Part shown: one piece after another, positions 1 to 10,039 of the stretch
Position numbering within the stretch: the first letter of the stretch is position 1
Layout of the letters: each line of letters opens with the position of its first letter
Assembly (NCBI GenBank): GCA_963783835.1
Contig: CAWAOX010000011.1
Coordinates: 1,859 to 65,858, forward strand
Origin: an uncultured Actinomycetota bacterium
Lineage (GTDB): Bacteria > Actinomycetota > Thermoleophilia > RBG-16-64-13
Length of the DNA stretch: 64,000 nucleotides
Direction of reading: 5' to 3'
Translations under genes and position numbers: made by a program
Notes under the pieces: model-generated
The model's input: only the letters and a program-made list of their open reading frames with translations
Told to the model about the DNA's origin: nothing
The model's database searches: none

Positions 1-237
1 ACGGACGTTACGGCCCGTGCACAGCACGAGGAAGTCGGTGTAGGTGACCAGTTCGTGCATGTCCAGGACCTTGACGTCCTCGGCCTTGACGCCCGCCGCG
101 GCTCTCGCAGCGACAAGAGCGCGCTGGTGGATGGTCTCCAGGTCGACCGGCGCATCCGGGTCGCGCGGCCGTTCCCGCCGGGTGGCGGCCTCCATGAGCG
201 CGGAGAGATCCCCGGCATCCGGTTCAGGCAGATCCAT
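1..237 (-). CDS. rsfS: ribosome silencing factor RsfS (iojap), N-terminal part; the C-terminus lies outside the window
   Basis: Not in the ORF track because it runs off the window edge. A minus-strand ATG at 237 (3 nt after the guaA stop, GGGAG upstream) gives MDLPEPDAGDLSALMEAATRRERPRDPDAPVDLETIHQRALVAARAAAGVKAEDVKVLDMHELVTYTDFLVLCTGRNVR. The KAEDVKVLD ... TDFLVLCTG core is typical of RsfS. Confidence 0.8.
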   Translation of the reverse strand, partial: MDLPEPDAGDLSALMEAATRRERPRDPDAPVDLETIHQRALVAARAAAGVKAEDVKVLDMHELVTYTDFLVLCTGRNVR

Positions 238-240
238 CGG

Positions 241-1758
241 CTACTCCCATTCGATCGTGGAGGGTGGCTTGCTCGAAATATCGAGCACCACCCGGTTGAC
301 TCCCGGCACCTCGTTGATGATGCGCTGGGAGATGCGTTCCAGAAGGTCGTAGGGCAGACGGGCCCAGTCGGCCGTCATCGCGTCGTCGGACGTGACCGCG
401 CGCAGCACGATCGGATACGCGTAAGTCCGTTCGTCGCCCATCACCCCCACACTACGGATGGCAGGCAGCACCGCGAACGACTGCCAGACCTGGCGGTAGA
501 AACCGGCCTTTTCGATCTCCTGCAGGAAGATGGCGTCGGCCTCGCGAAGGACGAGCAACCTCTCTTCGGTCACGTCGCCGATGATGCGAATGGCAAGGCC
601 GGGTCCCGGGAACGGCTGCCTCCACACGATGTGCTCGGGCAGGCCCAGCTCTTCGCCGACTATCCTTACCTCGTCCTTGAACAGCATGCGCAGCGGCTCG
701 ACCAAGTCGAAGTCTATGTCCTCGGGAAGCCCGCCCACGTTGTGGTGAGACTTGATCTTGGCGGCCTCTCTCGTCCCCGATTCGATCACATCGGAATAGA
801 GCGTCCCCTGCACCAGGAAGGCCGCCTTGCCGATCTTGCGCGACTCTTCCTCGAACGTGCGGATGAACTCCTCACCGATTATCTTGCGCTTCGTCTCGGG
901 GTCCGACACCCCGGCGAGCTTCGTCAGGAAGCGCTCCTGGGCCCGGACGTGCACCAAGGGGACGTGGAAGTGGCGGCGGAACGTGTCCTCCACCTCGTGG
1001 CCCTCGTTCTTGCGCATCAACCCGTGGTCCACGAAGATGCAGGTGAGTTGGTCTCCCACCGCCTTGTAGGTCAAGAGGGCGGCGACGGCCGAGTCCACCC
1101 CGCCCGAGAGGCCGCATACCACGCGGTCGTCTCCTACCTGGGTCCGGATGCGCTCGACGGCTTCCTCGATGATCGACACGGGCGTCCAGGTGGGAGCGAT
1201 ATCGCACACCTTGTAGAGGAAGTTCTTGAGGATATCCTGACCGTGCGCGGTGTGCCGCACCTCGGGGTGGAACTGCACGCCATACAGCCCGCAGGACTCG
1301 TCTTCCATCGCGGCCACCGGCATGTGCGGACTGCGGGCCGTGGCCGTGAAGCCCGCCGGGACCTCGACCACGGAATCGCCGTGGCTCATCCAGCAGGCGA
1401 GTTCGGTGGGAACACCCGCGAACAATCTCCCTTGCTTGGTGACGGTGAGCGGCCTGCCGCCGTACTCGGCGAGTTCGGTCCTCTCGACCCGTCCCCCGCG
1501 CAGCTTGGCGATCAACTGGAGCCCGTAGCAGATGCCCAGGATGGGCACGCCCAGTTCGAAGAGGCTCGGATCGGGCAGTGGGGCGTCGTCCTGATTGACG
1601 CTGCTGGGTCCGCCCGAGAGGATCAGCCCAGCCGGTTTTCGCGCCCGTATCTCCGCCATCGGAGTGTCGTATGGGATCAGTTCCGAGTACACCCGACATT
1701 CGCGCACGCGCCGAGCTATCAACTGAGCGTACTGACCGCCGAAATCCAGCACCAGCAC
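241..1758 (-). CDS. guaA: GMP synthase (glutamine-hydrolysing)
   Basis: Track ORF 241..1944. It has the GATase core [19 protein letters not shown], the ATP-pyrophosphatase P-loop LSGGVDSAV and the C-terminal PPSTIEWE. The first 62 codons of the track ORF overlap pfkB and look non-coding. The first in-frame start beside the conserved core is GTG at 1758, so the start is less certain than the identity. Confidence 0.93.
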   Translation of the reverse strand: MLVLDFGGQYAQLIARRVRECRVYSELIPYDTPMAEIRARKPAGLILSGGPSSVNQDDAPLPDPSLFELGVPILGICYGLQLIAKLRGGRVERTELAEYGGRPLTVTKQGRLFAGVPTELACWMSHGDSVVEVPAGFTATARSPHMPVAAMEDESCGLYGVQFHPEVRHTAHGQDILKNFLYKVCDIAPTWTPVSIIEEAVERIRTQVGDDRVVCGLSGGVDSAVAALLTYKAVGDQLTCIFVDHGLMRKNEGHEVEDTFRRHFHVPLVHVRAQERFLTKLAGVSDPETKRKIIGEEFIRTFEEESRKIGKAAFLVQGTLYSDVIESGTREAAKIKSHHNVGGLPEDIDFDLVEPLRMLFKDEVRIVGEELGLPEHIVWRQPFPGPGLAIRIIGDVTEERLLVLREADAIFLQEIEKAGFYRQVWQSFAVLPAIRSVGVMGDERTYAYPIVLRAVTSDDAMTADWARLPYDLLERISQRIINEVPGVNRVVLDISSKPPSTIEWE

Positions 1759-1780
1759 GGTAGCGACGCCGTCAACCTTG

Positions 1781-2729
1781 CTAGTCAGCGGACACCTCCT
1801 CGAGTTCCACCTGTTTTGCCAGTCTGTCCGCATCCGAGGAGAGGAACACCCCGGCGCCATAGCGGGTGAGATTCGCGGCGGCACAGCCGAGGCCAAACCG
1901 CAGGCACTGCTCGGGCGGTTGTCCGTCCATGAGTTTGACCGCATAGCCGCCTACGAGAGCGTCCCCCCATCCCAGTGGCGAGAGCGTCTCCACATCCGGC
2001 ATCCTCCCTATGAACGTACGATAGGTGCCTCCGTGATCCAACTCTGCGACGCAACCGAAGCGGAAGGTCATGACTACCGATCCCGCCCCCATCTCCCGCA
2101 TGCGCCGCGCCGCGAGGATGCGGTCCTCCATACTGGTGAACTCGTATCCAATGACCTTCTCAGCCTCGATCAACTTTGGAAAGATGTAGTCGGGTCGGGC
2201 CTTGATGCCCAGCCGGAGCGGGTCGGCGAACGTGTAGAAGAAGGTCTTGACCCCAAGCGGCCGCACCTTCTCGATAAGACGCGCGTAGCAATCGTCGTCG
2301 AGCCCCAGGGGCACGCTGCCCGCGAACACCACGACCTCCACCGCCCGGCCGAGGTAGTCGAGCTTTTCGTACAGCGCCTCCAGCTCTTCGGGCTGGATCT
2401 CGGGCCCCTGCTCGTTGATCTCGGTTATTCGGTTCGTGGCCGAGTCGACGACCGCCGTCGAGATACGGGACTCGCCCGCGACGCGGACGAAATCGCACAA
2501 GATGCCCTCGCCGTTGAGGTCGGCTACGATCTGCTCGCCCTTGCGCCCCCCCACGAATCCGGTCGCTATGACCGGCCTTCCCAGCGCCTTGACCGCGCGG
2601 GCTACGTTGACGCCCTTGCCTCCGGGCAGGATGACCGTCTCGAGTGGCGCGATGCCGCATACCCACCTGGAAATTGGGGACGGTCATAGTGCGGTCGAGC
2701 GCCGGATTGAGAGTCACGGTCAGTATCAT
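1781..2729 (-). pseudogene. pfkB: 1-phosphofructokinase / PfkB-family sugar kinase with the reading frame broken near 2640 (pseudogene or indel error)
   Basis: The N-terminus MILTVTLNPALDRTMTVPNFQVGMRHRAT (start of ORF 2160..2729) continues in another frame as ETVILPGGKGVNVARAVKALGRPVIATGFVGGRKGEQIVADLN (frame of ORF 1781..2554, open upstream to 2683). The rest is full-length PfkB-like, including [10 protein letters not shown]. Confidence 0.85.
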
Positions 2730-2746
2730 GCCGCGGTCGCCGCCAT

Positions 2747-4000
2747 CTATCCGATGCCCAGAGCGGCGCCGAGACGGTGCCAGTAGTAGACGAGCTTCGA
2801 GCCTAACGTGGGAGCGGAGAAGGACTTCGTGGCGACGAGGTCGACTCTGCCTATCTCTTCGCCGCCGGCGCTGGCCACCACATGCCCGTATGTCTCACCC
2901 GCGGCTATGGGCAGATCGAGCGGACGCTCCACCGTGATCTTGGTGGTCACGACATCGTCCGTCCCCAACTCGGTCTCCAAAGCCCCGTCGGTGATCAGTT
3001 CGACCTTGCCGTCCATCTGATAGGGGACGTTCGCCTCGGCCAGCGTCACCCCTTTGTCCATCAGGGTCACATGCCGGAACTGGTCGAGGCCGTACTGCAG
3101 CAAGGCCTTGCTCTCCTTGAAGCACGTGTCGGTGTCCGGTTGGCCGAGAACGACGCTTATGACCTCGCGTCCGTCCTTGGTCCCCGACGCCACCAGACAA
3201 TGGTCCGCGTTGGGGGTGGACCCGGTCTTGACACCCGTGACCCAATCGTACTGCCGGAGGAGCTTGTTGGTGTTGGTGAGGAGCAGCGGCTCCTCCCCGT
3301 CGACGGACAACGTGTACTTCGCCGTGTCGACGATGTCGCGGAACTTCTCGTTCTTCATCGCGTAGCGGCCGAGCAGCGCCAGATCGGCCGCCGTGGAGTA
3401 GTGACCGTTGGCATCGAGGCCGTTCGTGGTCACGAAGTGAGTGTCGTCCATGCCGAGATCCTCGGCCTTGCGGTTCATCTTCTCGACGAACGCGCTGACG
3501 CTCCCCGCGTCGTTCTGGGCAAGGGCCACCGCCGCGCCGTTGGCGCTCCGCAAGAGCAGCGCGTAGAGGAGCTGTTCCACCGTGAGCACGTCCCCCGCCC
3601 TCACCCATGCACTCGGCTCCCACGTTGTGGCCGCTTTGGCGGAGACGGTCACCGGTGTACTGAGATCGACGCCCGACTCGAGGATGAGGATGGCGGTCAT
3701 TATCTTGGTCGTCGAGGCCATGGGCCTGCGGGTGTGGGCCTTGCGCTCGTACAGCACCTTGCCCGTGTCCATACTCACGACGATCGCAGCCGGTGATTCT
3801 ATGGCCGGCTTCGTCCCGCCGAAGCCTTCGAAATCAGAAGCACGTACTTCGAAGCTCTCCGTTTGCGAGGCGTCTACGGGCAGAGTGGTCGTCGTGGTTC
3901 CAAGCGCCACTCCCGCCAGGACCGAGCCGACGACCGCGAGCACCACGATAAAGAAGAGGAGCGGCAGGAGCCGTCCACGTCTTGTGTTTGAGCCCCTCAT
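2747..4000 (-). CDS. D-alanyl-D-alanine carboxypeptidase (serine-type, PBP5/6-like) with an N-terminal membrane anchor
   Basis: SxxK (STTKIM), SxN (SANG) and KTG (KTGST) motifs occur in the correct order. The N-terminal hydrophobic segment is LLPLLFFIVVLAVVGSVLAGVAL. Confidence 0.9.
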   Translation of the reverse strand: MRGSNTRRGRLLPLLFFIVVLAVVGSVLAGVALGTTTTTLPVDASQTESFEVRASDFEGFGGTKPAIESPAAIVVSMDTGKVLYERKAHTRRPMASTTKIMTAILILESGVDLSTPVTVSAKAATTWEPSAWVRAGDVLTVEQLLYALLLRSANGAAVALAQNDAGSVSAFVEKMNRKAEDLGMDDTHFVTTNGLDANGHYSTAADLALLGRYAMKNEKFRDIVDTAKYTLSVDGEEPLLLTNTNKLLRQYDWVTGVKTGSTPNADHCLVASGTKDGREVISVVLGQPDTDTCFKESKALLQYGLDQFRHVTLMDKGVTLAEANVPYQMDGKVELITDGALETELGTDDVVTTKITVERPLDLPIAAGETYGHVVASAGGEEIGRVDLVATKSFSAPTLGSKLVYYWHRLGAALGIG

Positions 4001-4067
4001 ACGGGCGAGTATAGCCTATACTTCCGGCCTGACGGCGTTTGACTGGGGAGGTGCGACCATCGCCGAG

Positions 4068-4814
4068 GTGCTTCGCCAGGCCGGCAAACGCCTGGTCCAC
4101 AAGCAGTGGCTGATCTTCTATCCGCTGGCGCTGGCCGTCATCAACACCCTGGCCTTTCTGGCCGTCTACGGTGCGAGCGGCGGAGACCTCCGTTGGAGCA
4201 AGTTCTTCGCCGCGAACCACCAGCGCTGGCAGTTCATGAACGATGAGTTCTTCAGCGGCTTCTCCTTCACCCCGGCCCTCGGCGTCGCCGTGTTCGCCGG
4301 CCTCGCCGTTTGCCTGTTCACCGCGATGCTCAAAGCTCCACTTTTTAGGGCCATCGCCGGCCCCGGCTACCCGTTAGCCCCCCGAAACTGGGAGGAGGCC
4401 GGGAGGCTGTCTCTCTTCTACGTGTTCTTCTACCTGGTGGTGCTGATACTGCCTCAAGCGGTCCCCCTCGGCACCGCCGTCGAACAGATCATCCAGATGG
4501 CGGCTCTCGTCGTCGCTCTTTTCCTCGTATACGCCGACTACGCGATCGTGCTCGAAGGCCTGTCGGTCATCCCCGCGCTCCGGCGAAGCGTGCGGCTGCT
4601 TTCCAAACGCTGGCCTCCGGTGCTGCTGATATTCGTGATCCTCCAACTCGTAGTTCTCACCCTCAACCGCCTCTACGGGATGTACTACGAGAACGCCGAA
4701 GGAGTCTCCTTGCTCGTGCCTTTGAGCGAGATCCTGGTGTGGTCGTTCATCGGCCTGGCCCTCGACCTCCTCTTCATCTTCCTCTACGAGCAGGTGAGGA
4801 ACAGCTCTTCCTAG
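4068..4814 (+). CDS. polytopic membrane protein of unknown function
   Basis: This is the 3' part of track ORF 3582..4814; the 5' part is antisense to the carboxypeptidase gene. I counted about six hydrophobic segments by eye. The GTG at 4068 is the first in-frame start after the divergent gene, so the start is tentative. Confidence 0.55.
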   Translation: MLRQAGKRLVHKQWLIFYPLALAVINTLAFLAVYGASGGDLRWSKFFAANHQRWQFMNDEFFSGFSFTPALGVAVFAGLAVCLFTAMLKAPLFRAIAGPGYPLAPRNWEEAGRLSLFYVFFYLVVLILPQAVPLGTAVEQIIQMAALVVALFLVYADYAIVLEGLSVIPALRRSVRLLSKRWPPVLLIFVILQLVVLTLNRLYGMYYENAEGVSLLVPLSEILVWSFIGLALDLLFIFLYEQVRNSSS

Positions 4815-5088
4815 ACCGGCGGGCAGGCTCGGCGCCCTCTAGGCAGGTGTGCCGGTCCCTCCCGGCTGTGGCCGCCGCTTGCCTGCCCTGCGGCTCGATC
4901 AACACCGTCGGCTGGGTAGTCGGCTGATCGCCGGGGGCCGCGTACGTCTTGCCGCCGCTGATCACCCCTCCGAACACGAGCGCGCTCACCACCGCCACCG
5001 CCACCACCCAGACGAGAACGGGCAGAACGAGCGACCTGAACCAGGGAGCCGCTCCCCGCTCCTCGAAGAAGGCGTCGTCCCTACGCAC
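4774..5088 (-). CDS. small membrane-anchored hypothetical protein
   Basis: The start overlaps the pyrF stop by 8 nt. One clear TM segment is present (LVLPVLVWVVAVAVVSALVFGGVI). The 3' end overlaps the convergent membrane-protein gene by 41 nt. No recognisable domain. Confidence 0.3.
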   Translation of the reverse strand: MRRDDAFFEERGAAPWFRSLVLPVLVWVVAVAVVSALVFGGVISGGKTYAAPGDQPTTQPTVLIEPQGRQAAATAGRDRHTCLEGAEPARRSRKSCSSPARRGR

Positions 5089-5986
5089 GACCGGCCACAG
5101 ACCACAGGGCGGCTTTCATGGCCGCCGCCTCGTCTCGCGCGGCATCGAGCCAATGCCGGCCCGGTGCCTTCCGGTAGGCGTACAAGATGGCGCGTGCCGA
5201 ATTGACCACCGCTCCCGTCCCGTCGGCATCAAACAGAGCGGCTAGGTCGGCGGCCGTGGCCCCCTGCGCGCCATAGCCCGGGATGAGGAAGGGCACGCCG
5301 CTCAGCCGCTTGCGCAGGCGCGCGCCCTGCCCGGGATGCGTCCCCCCGACAACAACTCCGATCGAGCGGTAGCCTCGAGCCCCGACCGTCTCCCGGCCCC
5401 ACTCGTCGACCAGTTCCGCGACCCGCGCGTAGACCGGTTCCCCGGACTCGAGCGGCACATCCTGTATCTCCGCGGAACTCGGGTTCGATGTCTTGACCAG
5501 CACGAACACACCCTTGCCCTCTTCCCGGCAACGCCGGAAGAAGGGCTCCAACCCGTCGCTCCCGAAGTAGGGGTTGACCGTGACTGCATCGGCGCCCGCC
5601 ACGTCGAGATGGGCCCGGGCGTACGCTTCGGCCGTGCTCCCGATGTCTCCCCTCTTCACGTCGGCGATGACGACATAGCCGAGGCCCTTCGCCACTCGGA
5701 CCATCTCCTCGTAGAGCGCGTAGCCGCGCGCCCCGAGAGCCTCGAAATAGGCGATCTGGATCTTCACGGCCGCCGCTTCGGCCGCCAGAGCCGGTAGCAA
5801 CTCCGTAAGGAAGTCCCGGTAGCACGCGACCTTCATCTCAGTCTCGTCCGCGTAGCGGTCCTGGGGATGGGCTGAGAGCAACTCCGGTGGCAAGGCCCCA
5901 TACTCGGGATCGAGTCCCACCACCACGTGGGAACGCTTGCCTTCTATCGCCTCGAGCAGCCGGTCACCAAAATGCCCTTCAGACAC
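5081..5986 (-). CDS. pyrF: orotidine 5'-phosphate decarboxylase, type 2
   Basis: Motifs VVVGLDPE, KIQIAYFEALG and IADVKRGDIGSTAEAYA are present. GTG start with a GGTGAGGGA ribosome-binding site. Confidence 0.93.
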   Translation of the reverse strand: MSEGHFGDRLLEAIEGKRSHVVVGLDPEYGALPPELLSAHPQDRYADETEMKVACYRDFLTELLPALAAEAAAVKIQIAYFEALGARGYALYEEMVRVAKGLGYVVIADVKRGDIGSTAEAYARAHLDVAGADAVTVNPYFGSDGLEPFFRRCREEGKGVFVLVKTSNPSSAEIQDVPLESGEPVYARVAELVDEWGRETVGARGYRSIGVVVGGTHPGQGARLRKRLSGVPFLIPGYGAQGATAADLAALFDADGTGAVVNSARAILYAYRKAPGRHWLDAARDEAAAMKAALWSVAGRA

Positions 5987-6018
5987 TTTCCCTCACCTCG
6001 CCCCGGTATTCGCCCGCC

Positions 6019-6047
6019 AAAAAGAAAAGGGCCGCGGTGAGCGGCCC
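6019..6047 (-). terminator. intrinsic terminator downstream of the HU gene
   Basis: The minus strand reads GGGCCGC-tcacc-GCGGCCC followed by TTTTCTTTTT, about 27 nt after the HU stop. Confidence 0.75.
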
Positions 6048-6073
6048 CTTGTGTACTCCTTTTCGCTCCCGCG

Positions 6074-6346
6074 TCACTTGACCGCGGTCTTTAGAGCGAC
6101 GCCCGCGCTGAACTTGGGGACTTTGCTGGCCGGGATGTTGATCTTGGCCTTCGTCTGCGGGTTGATCCCTTCCCGGGCCTCACGGTTCTGCACGTAGAAC
6201 TTCCCGAAACCAGTGAACTGAACGTCCTCACCCTTCTTGAGCGATTCAGTGATCACTTCCACGAAGGCATCGACCGTTGCGGCCGCATCCTTCTTAGTAA
6301 GACCACTTTTTGCGGCAAGCTTGTCGACAAACTCCGCCTTGGTCAC
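6074..6346 (-). CDS. hup: DNA-binding protein HU
   Basis: MTKAEFVDKLAAKSGLTKKDAAATVDAFVEVITESLKKGEDVQFTGFGKFYVQNREAREGINPQTKAKINIPASKVPKFSAG. The start is set to GTG at 6346, preceded by GGGAGGG; the track ORF begins further upstream. Confidence 0.93.
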   Translation of the reverse strand: MTKAEFVDKLAAKSGLTKKDAAATVDAFVEVITESLKKGEDVQFTGFGKFYVQNREAREGINPQTKAKINIPASKVPKFSAGVALKTAVK

Positions 6347-6447
6347 AGTAACCCTCCCTTTCGCTCGCCAGTACATCTCAACCTTACCAAATCCTCGCAC
6401 ACGTACAAGCACAATTTAGTGCAAATCTGGGCCAGAAGCCGAATGTT

Positions 6448-6996
6448 TCAGGGCTTTGGAGCGATGCCGAGTTCAGACGAGGTGAAGAGCGGACGAAGCG
6501 TGAGCCCGGCGGCGGCGGCCGCCGCCGCGCCTCCCTCTTGCCGGTCCACCACGCAGAAGAGATCCCGGACATCGAGACCCGACTCCCGCAACGCCTCCGC
6601 GGCCATGATGGCAGCCCCCCCAGAGGTGACGATGTCCTCGATGACCGCCACCCTCTCTCCCGGTTCGAACCTGCCTTCGATCTGCTTGGTCGTCCCGTAT
6701 TCCTTCGACTTCTTCCTGACGAGCAGCAGCGGGATACCGAGTTCCAGCGAAAGTCCGGCGCCAAGCACCACCCCACCCAGTTCGGGAGCGGCCAGCCGCT
6801 GGTATTGCGCCCCGGCCGCAAGCTGCTCGCGGACGAGCGCGGCGATCTCGAACACTATGCCTCGCAGCACTCGCGGCTCGGTCTCGAACAGGTACTTGTC
6901 CAGATAGTACTTGCTTCGCTTGCCGGAGCGCAGCACGAAGTCGCCCTCCAGATAAGCGGTCTCCAACAGTGACTTGCCCAATGTCTGCTTGTCCAC
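6448..6996 (-). CDS. pyrE: orotate phosphoribosyltransferase
   Basis: FVLRSGKRSKYYLDKY is present together with the PRPP loop VAVIEDIVTSGGAA. The start is set to GTG at 6996, after a GGAGGGA site. Confidence 0.92.
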   Translation of the reverse strand: MDKQTLGKSLLETAYLEGDFVLRSGKRSKYYLDKYLFETEPRVLRGIVFEIAALVREQLAAGAQYQRLAAPELGGVVLGAGLSLELGIPLLLVRKKSKEYGTTKQIEGRFEPGERVAVIEDIVTSGGAAIMAAEALRESGLDVRDLFCVVDRQEGGAAAAAAAGLTLRPLFTSSELGIAPKP

Positions 6997-7004
6997 GGTC
7001 CCTC

Positions 7005-8390
7005 CTACACGCCCGATACCGTTATCCGCTCGACCGCCAATGACGGGGTACAGACGCTTCCGTAGAGGGGGATCCACCGAGAATCCCCGGCCAGGTCGCT
7101 GACGGACCCCAAGAACGAGAGGAAGTCGGTCGCGACCGTCACCTCACGGACCGGGCGCCCTAACGCTCCGTTCTCGATGAGCCGCCCGGTGACACCGACC
7201 GACACTTCACCGCTGATGACGTTCACCCCCGAATGAAGACCCGCCGCGTTCTCGACATACAGGCCCGTTCCTACCCGGCCGAGCAACTCCTCGAGGGTGC
7301 CCGAACCCGGAGTAAGAACCAGGTTGCTGGCGGCCACCCGAGGGGCCGACCGGTAGGATCCCCGCTCCGCATTGCCCGTGGAAAGAACGTCTTCCCCTGC
7401 TTTGCGGGCCGTATAGCTGCCGTGTAAATACGCCTGCATGACCCCTGCTTGCAGGAGGGTCGTGCGTTGCCGCGGCACTCCCTCCCCGTCGAACGGGTTC
7501 GTTGCCATGCCGCCGGGGGCAAGACCGTCGTCGACGAGCGTCGCGAGCGCGGAGCCCACCGTCTGCCCTAGTCTGCCCGCGAACGGCGAGCGCCCCTTCT
7601 GCACGGCGTCGGCGCCGAACCCCTGGGCGATGTAGGAGAGAAGCGCGGCGGCCACCTCGTGCGATAGAACGACGGTATAGCTCCCCGTACTGCAGGGCTG
7701 CGCGCCCAGAAGGGCCGCGGCCTTCTGCCCGGCCTCGGCTCCCGCCGCTTCGGCGTCGAGTTCTTCGGGGTCCCGGGCGGCGCTGAAGCCCAAGCCGGAT
7801 TGGCGGTCGCCGTCGCGCCCCGCGTGGGCCTGAGCGTAGACGAAGCAGAACGAGTGCTCGGCCTCGGCTTGTACTCCGGTGCTCGAGCAGATAGCGACGC
7901 GGCTCTCCTCGTCGGAATACACGCTCTCTTCTACGGTGTCGACGTGAGGGCAGGCCAGCGCGCGCCGCTCCACGGCCATAGCCAGCCCCACCTTGTCCTC
8001 CAGACTCATCTGGCCCACGCCGGGACGCCACAGACCGGGGATCGACGGGTAAGGTACGGCCGCCCGCGCAGGCAGACCCGCGTACACATCGGCGTCGGTG
8101 ACTTCGACGTTGGCCAGTGCCCCGGCCAGGACCGCGTCCACCCCAGTGTCGGAGAGATCGGCGGTGAAAGCGTAGCCTACCTGCCCCTTCTTGACCGCCC
8201 TGACCCCCAGCCCCCGAGGCTGTGCGACCGAGATCGACTCCACCTCGCCGCCATAGACCTTGATCCCGACCGTCCGGCCGGCCTGATAGTAGATCTCGAG
8301 GTCGACCCCCAGACGGCTCCCCCGGTCGAGGGCCCGGCGGGCGGTCTGCAGAGGCGATGTCTGGCTGCTCGTGCCACCTGAGGGATTCAT
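7005..8390 (-). CDS. pmbA: metalloprotease PmbA/TldE
   Basis: This is the C-terminal 461 codons of track ORF 7005..8918. Its ATG at 8390 overlaps the tldD stop (ATGA). Sequence is PmbA_TldD-family throughout (GLGVRAVKKGQVGYAFT ... GLYVENAAGLHSGVN). Confidence 0.9.
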   Translation of the reverse strand: MNPSGGTSSQTSPLQTARRALDRGSRLGVDLEIYYQAGRTVGIKVYGGEVESISVAQPRGLGVRAVKKGQVGYAFTADLSDTGVDAVLAGALANVEVTDADVYAGLPARAAVPYPSIPGLWRPGVGQMSLEDKVGLAMAVERRALACPHVDTVEESVYSDEESRVAICSSTGVQAEAEHSFCFVYAQAHAGRDGDRQSGLGFSAARDPEELDAEAAGAEAGQKAAALLGAQPCSTGSYTVVLSHEVAAALLSYIAQGFGADAVQKGRSPFAGRLGQTVGSALATLVDDGLAPGGMATNPFDGEGVPRQRTTLLQAGVMQAYLHGSYTARKAGEDVLSTGNAERGSYRSAPRVAASNLVLTPGSGTLEELLGRVGTGLYVENAAGLHSGVNVISGEVSVGVTGRLIENGALGRPVREVTVATDFLSFLGSVSDLAGDSRWIPLYGSVCTPSLAVERITVSGV

Positions 8391-9808
8391 CCTAGACTTG
8401 TGCCCCCCACCGTGAGTTCGCGGATGCGCAGGGTGGGCTGCCCGCTGCCCACGGAGACGTGCTGGCCTTCTTTGCCGCAGGTGCCGGGCTTGATATCCAA
8501 GTCGTCGGCGATGGCGTCGATGTTGAGCAGGACGTCGACCCCGCTTCCAACCAGAGTGGCACCGCGGACCGGCGCGGTGATCTTGCCGCCCTCGATGAGA
8601 TACCCCTCGGCCACTCCAAAGACGAAGTCCCCGGTAGCCGGATTGACCTCGCCCCCCGACAACGACTTCGCGTAGAGGGCCCTCGGGGTGTCCCCGATGA
8701 TCTGGTCCGGCGTGTGCTCTCCAGGACCGAAGTAGGTGTTGGTCATGCGCGGGTAGGGAAGATGCCGGTAGTCCTGGCGCCTCCCGTTGCCGGTCAACGG
8801 CAACCCCAGGTGCTCCCCACGAAGCCGGTCGGTCAGGTAGCCGGTGAGGATGCCGGCCTCGATGACGGTGGTGCGCCGGCACGGCACGCCTTCGTCGTCG
8901 CAGTACGCGCTGCCCCACATCCCCGCGCCGACCCCGTCGTCGTACGCGAACACGTGCTCGCCTGCCACCCGCTGCCCTTTCTTGCCCTCCCAGACGCTGG
9001 TCTTCTTGAGGATGTAGTCAGCTTCCAGCCCGTGCCCGCAGGCCTCGTGGAACAGGACCCCACCGAAACCATTGGCAAGCACGACCGCCATGCGTCCCGC
9101 CGGCGCCGGGATCGAATCGAGCATGGTGAGAGCCTTCTGAGCGGCGGTGGACGCCAGCGCGGCGACCGCTTCCGCATCGAAGTCCGCGAGACTCCCCTGC
9201 ACGGCAAGCGCCTCCCTCCCCACCTGGAGTAGCGCTCCCCGTTGAGCCATCACGCTCACGGCCACCATCTTACGGATGCGCTCGTCGGAGTTCCACGACC
9301 CGTCGGAGGCGGCTATCCATACCCGTTGCCTCGACTCGCCATAGACCGCGACGACTTGGCGGACCTCTCCGGAAAGACCGCGGGCGGTCGCGTCGGCCAG
9401 CCGGAGCAGACCGGCGTTCGCGGCGACCCGCTCCCGCGCGGAGTGGCTTTCGAGGACCGGCCGCGCCGGTTCACCGGCATACGCCCTCACACCGGTGTCG
9501 CGAGGTTTCTCGGCGGCCGCATCGGAGCCCGACCGCGCAAGATCCTGGGCAAGGCCCAGGAGAGACGGCTCGTCCACGGCGTCGACATATCCGAACTCGG
9601 TAGACAGGCCGCGGATCACCCGCACAGAACCGCCCCGATCTACCCCGGACACCGCCTCCTCGATCTTGCCGTCCTCGAGGCGAAGCGACAGAGACGCCCG
9701 GTCCTCTACGAAGACCTCGGCCCGTTGCCCGTTACCCCGCATGGCAGTCTTGACGACAGCGTCGAGCAATTCGGGGTCAGGCCCGGTGAAATCGCTCCTG
9801 TTCGTCAT
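8387..9808 (-). CDS. tldD: metalloprotease TldD
   Basis: The HEACGHGLE zinc motif is present, and length and layout fit TldD (473 aa). Confidence 0.93.
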   Translation of the reverse strand: MTNRSDFTGPDPELLDAVVKTAMRGNGQRAEVFVEDRASLSLRLEDGKIEEAVSGVDRGGSVRVIRGLSTEFGYVDAVDEPSLLGLAQDLARSGSDAAAEKPRDTGVRAYAGEPARPVLESHSARERVAANAGLLRLADATARGLSGEVRQVVAVYGESRQRVWIAASDGSWNSDERIRKMVAVSVMAQRGALLQVGREALAVQGSLADFDAEAVAALASTAAQKALTMLDSIPAPAGRMAVVLANGFGGVLFHEACGHGLEADYILKKTSVWEGKKGQRVAGEHVFAYDDGVGAGMWGSAYCDDEGVPCRRTTVIEAGILTGYLTDRLRGEHLGLPLTGNGRRQDYRHLPYPRMTNTYFGPGEHTPDQIIGDTPRALYAKSLSGGEVNPATGDFVFGVAEGYLIEGGKITAPVRGATLVGSGVDVLLNIDAIADDLDIKPGTCGKEGQHVSVGSGQPTLRIRELTVGGTSLG

Positions 9809-9823
9809 GCCTGACGCGAGAGA

Positions 9824-10039
9824 TCAGTGCGCAAGCGGGCTCTGTGTGAGTATCTCGGCGGCCGCGGCGATGAAAGGAGCCGCCTCGTCGGTGTTGCCGG
9901 GGAAGGCCAGCATGGAACCGTCGTCGAAGTACAGTTCCACCTGCGGGCTGCGGGAGCGCACGAACAGGAAGTAGTAGGCACCCGCGATGATGCTGCCGAT
10001 GAGGGCGAATATCCCAAATACCTTCAACAAACGCTTCAT
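9824..10039 (-). CDS. small single-pass membrane protein (71 aa), unknown function
   Basis: The ATG follows the TAG stop of the Roadblock gene directly (GGAGGCCTAGATG). The TM segment is VFGIFALIGSIIAGAYYFLFV. Confidence 0.55.
   Translation of the reverse strand: MKRLLKVFGIFALIGSIIAGAYYFLFVRSRSPQVELYFDDGSMLAFPGNTDEAAPFIAAAAEILTQSPLAH

Noticed and set aside
55-1869. 604-aa ORF on the plus strand, antisense to guaA.
   Set aside because: It has Arg/Gly/His/Pro-rich low-information composition and no recognisable motif. It fully overlaps a strongly conserved gene. This is a typical open antisense frame in GC-rich DNA.
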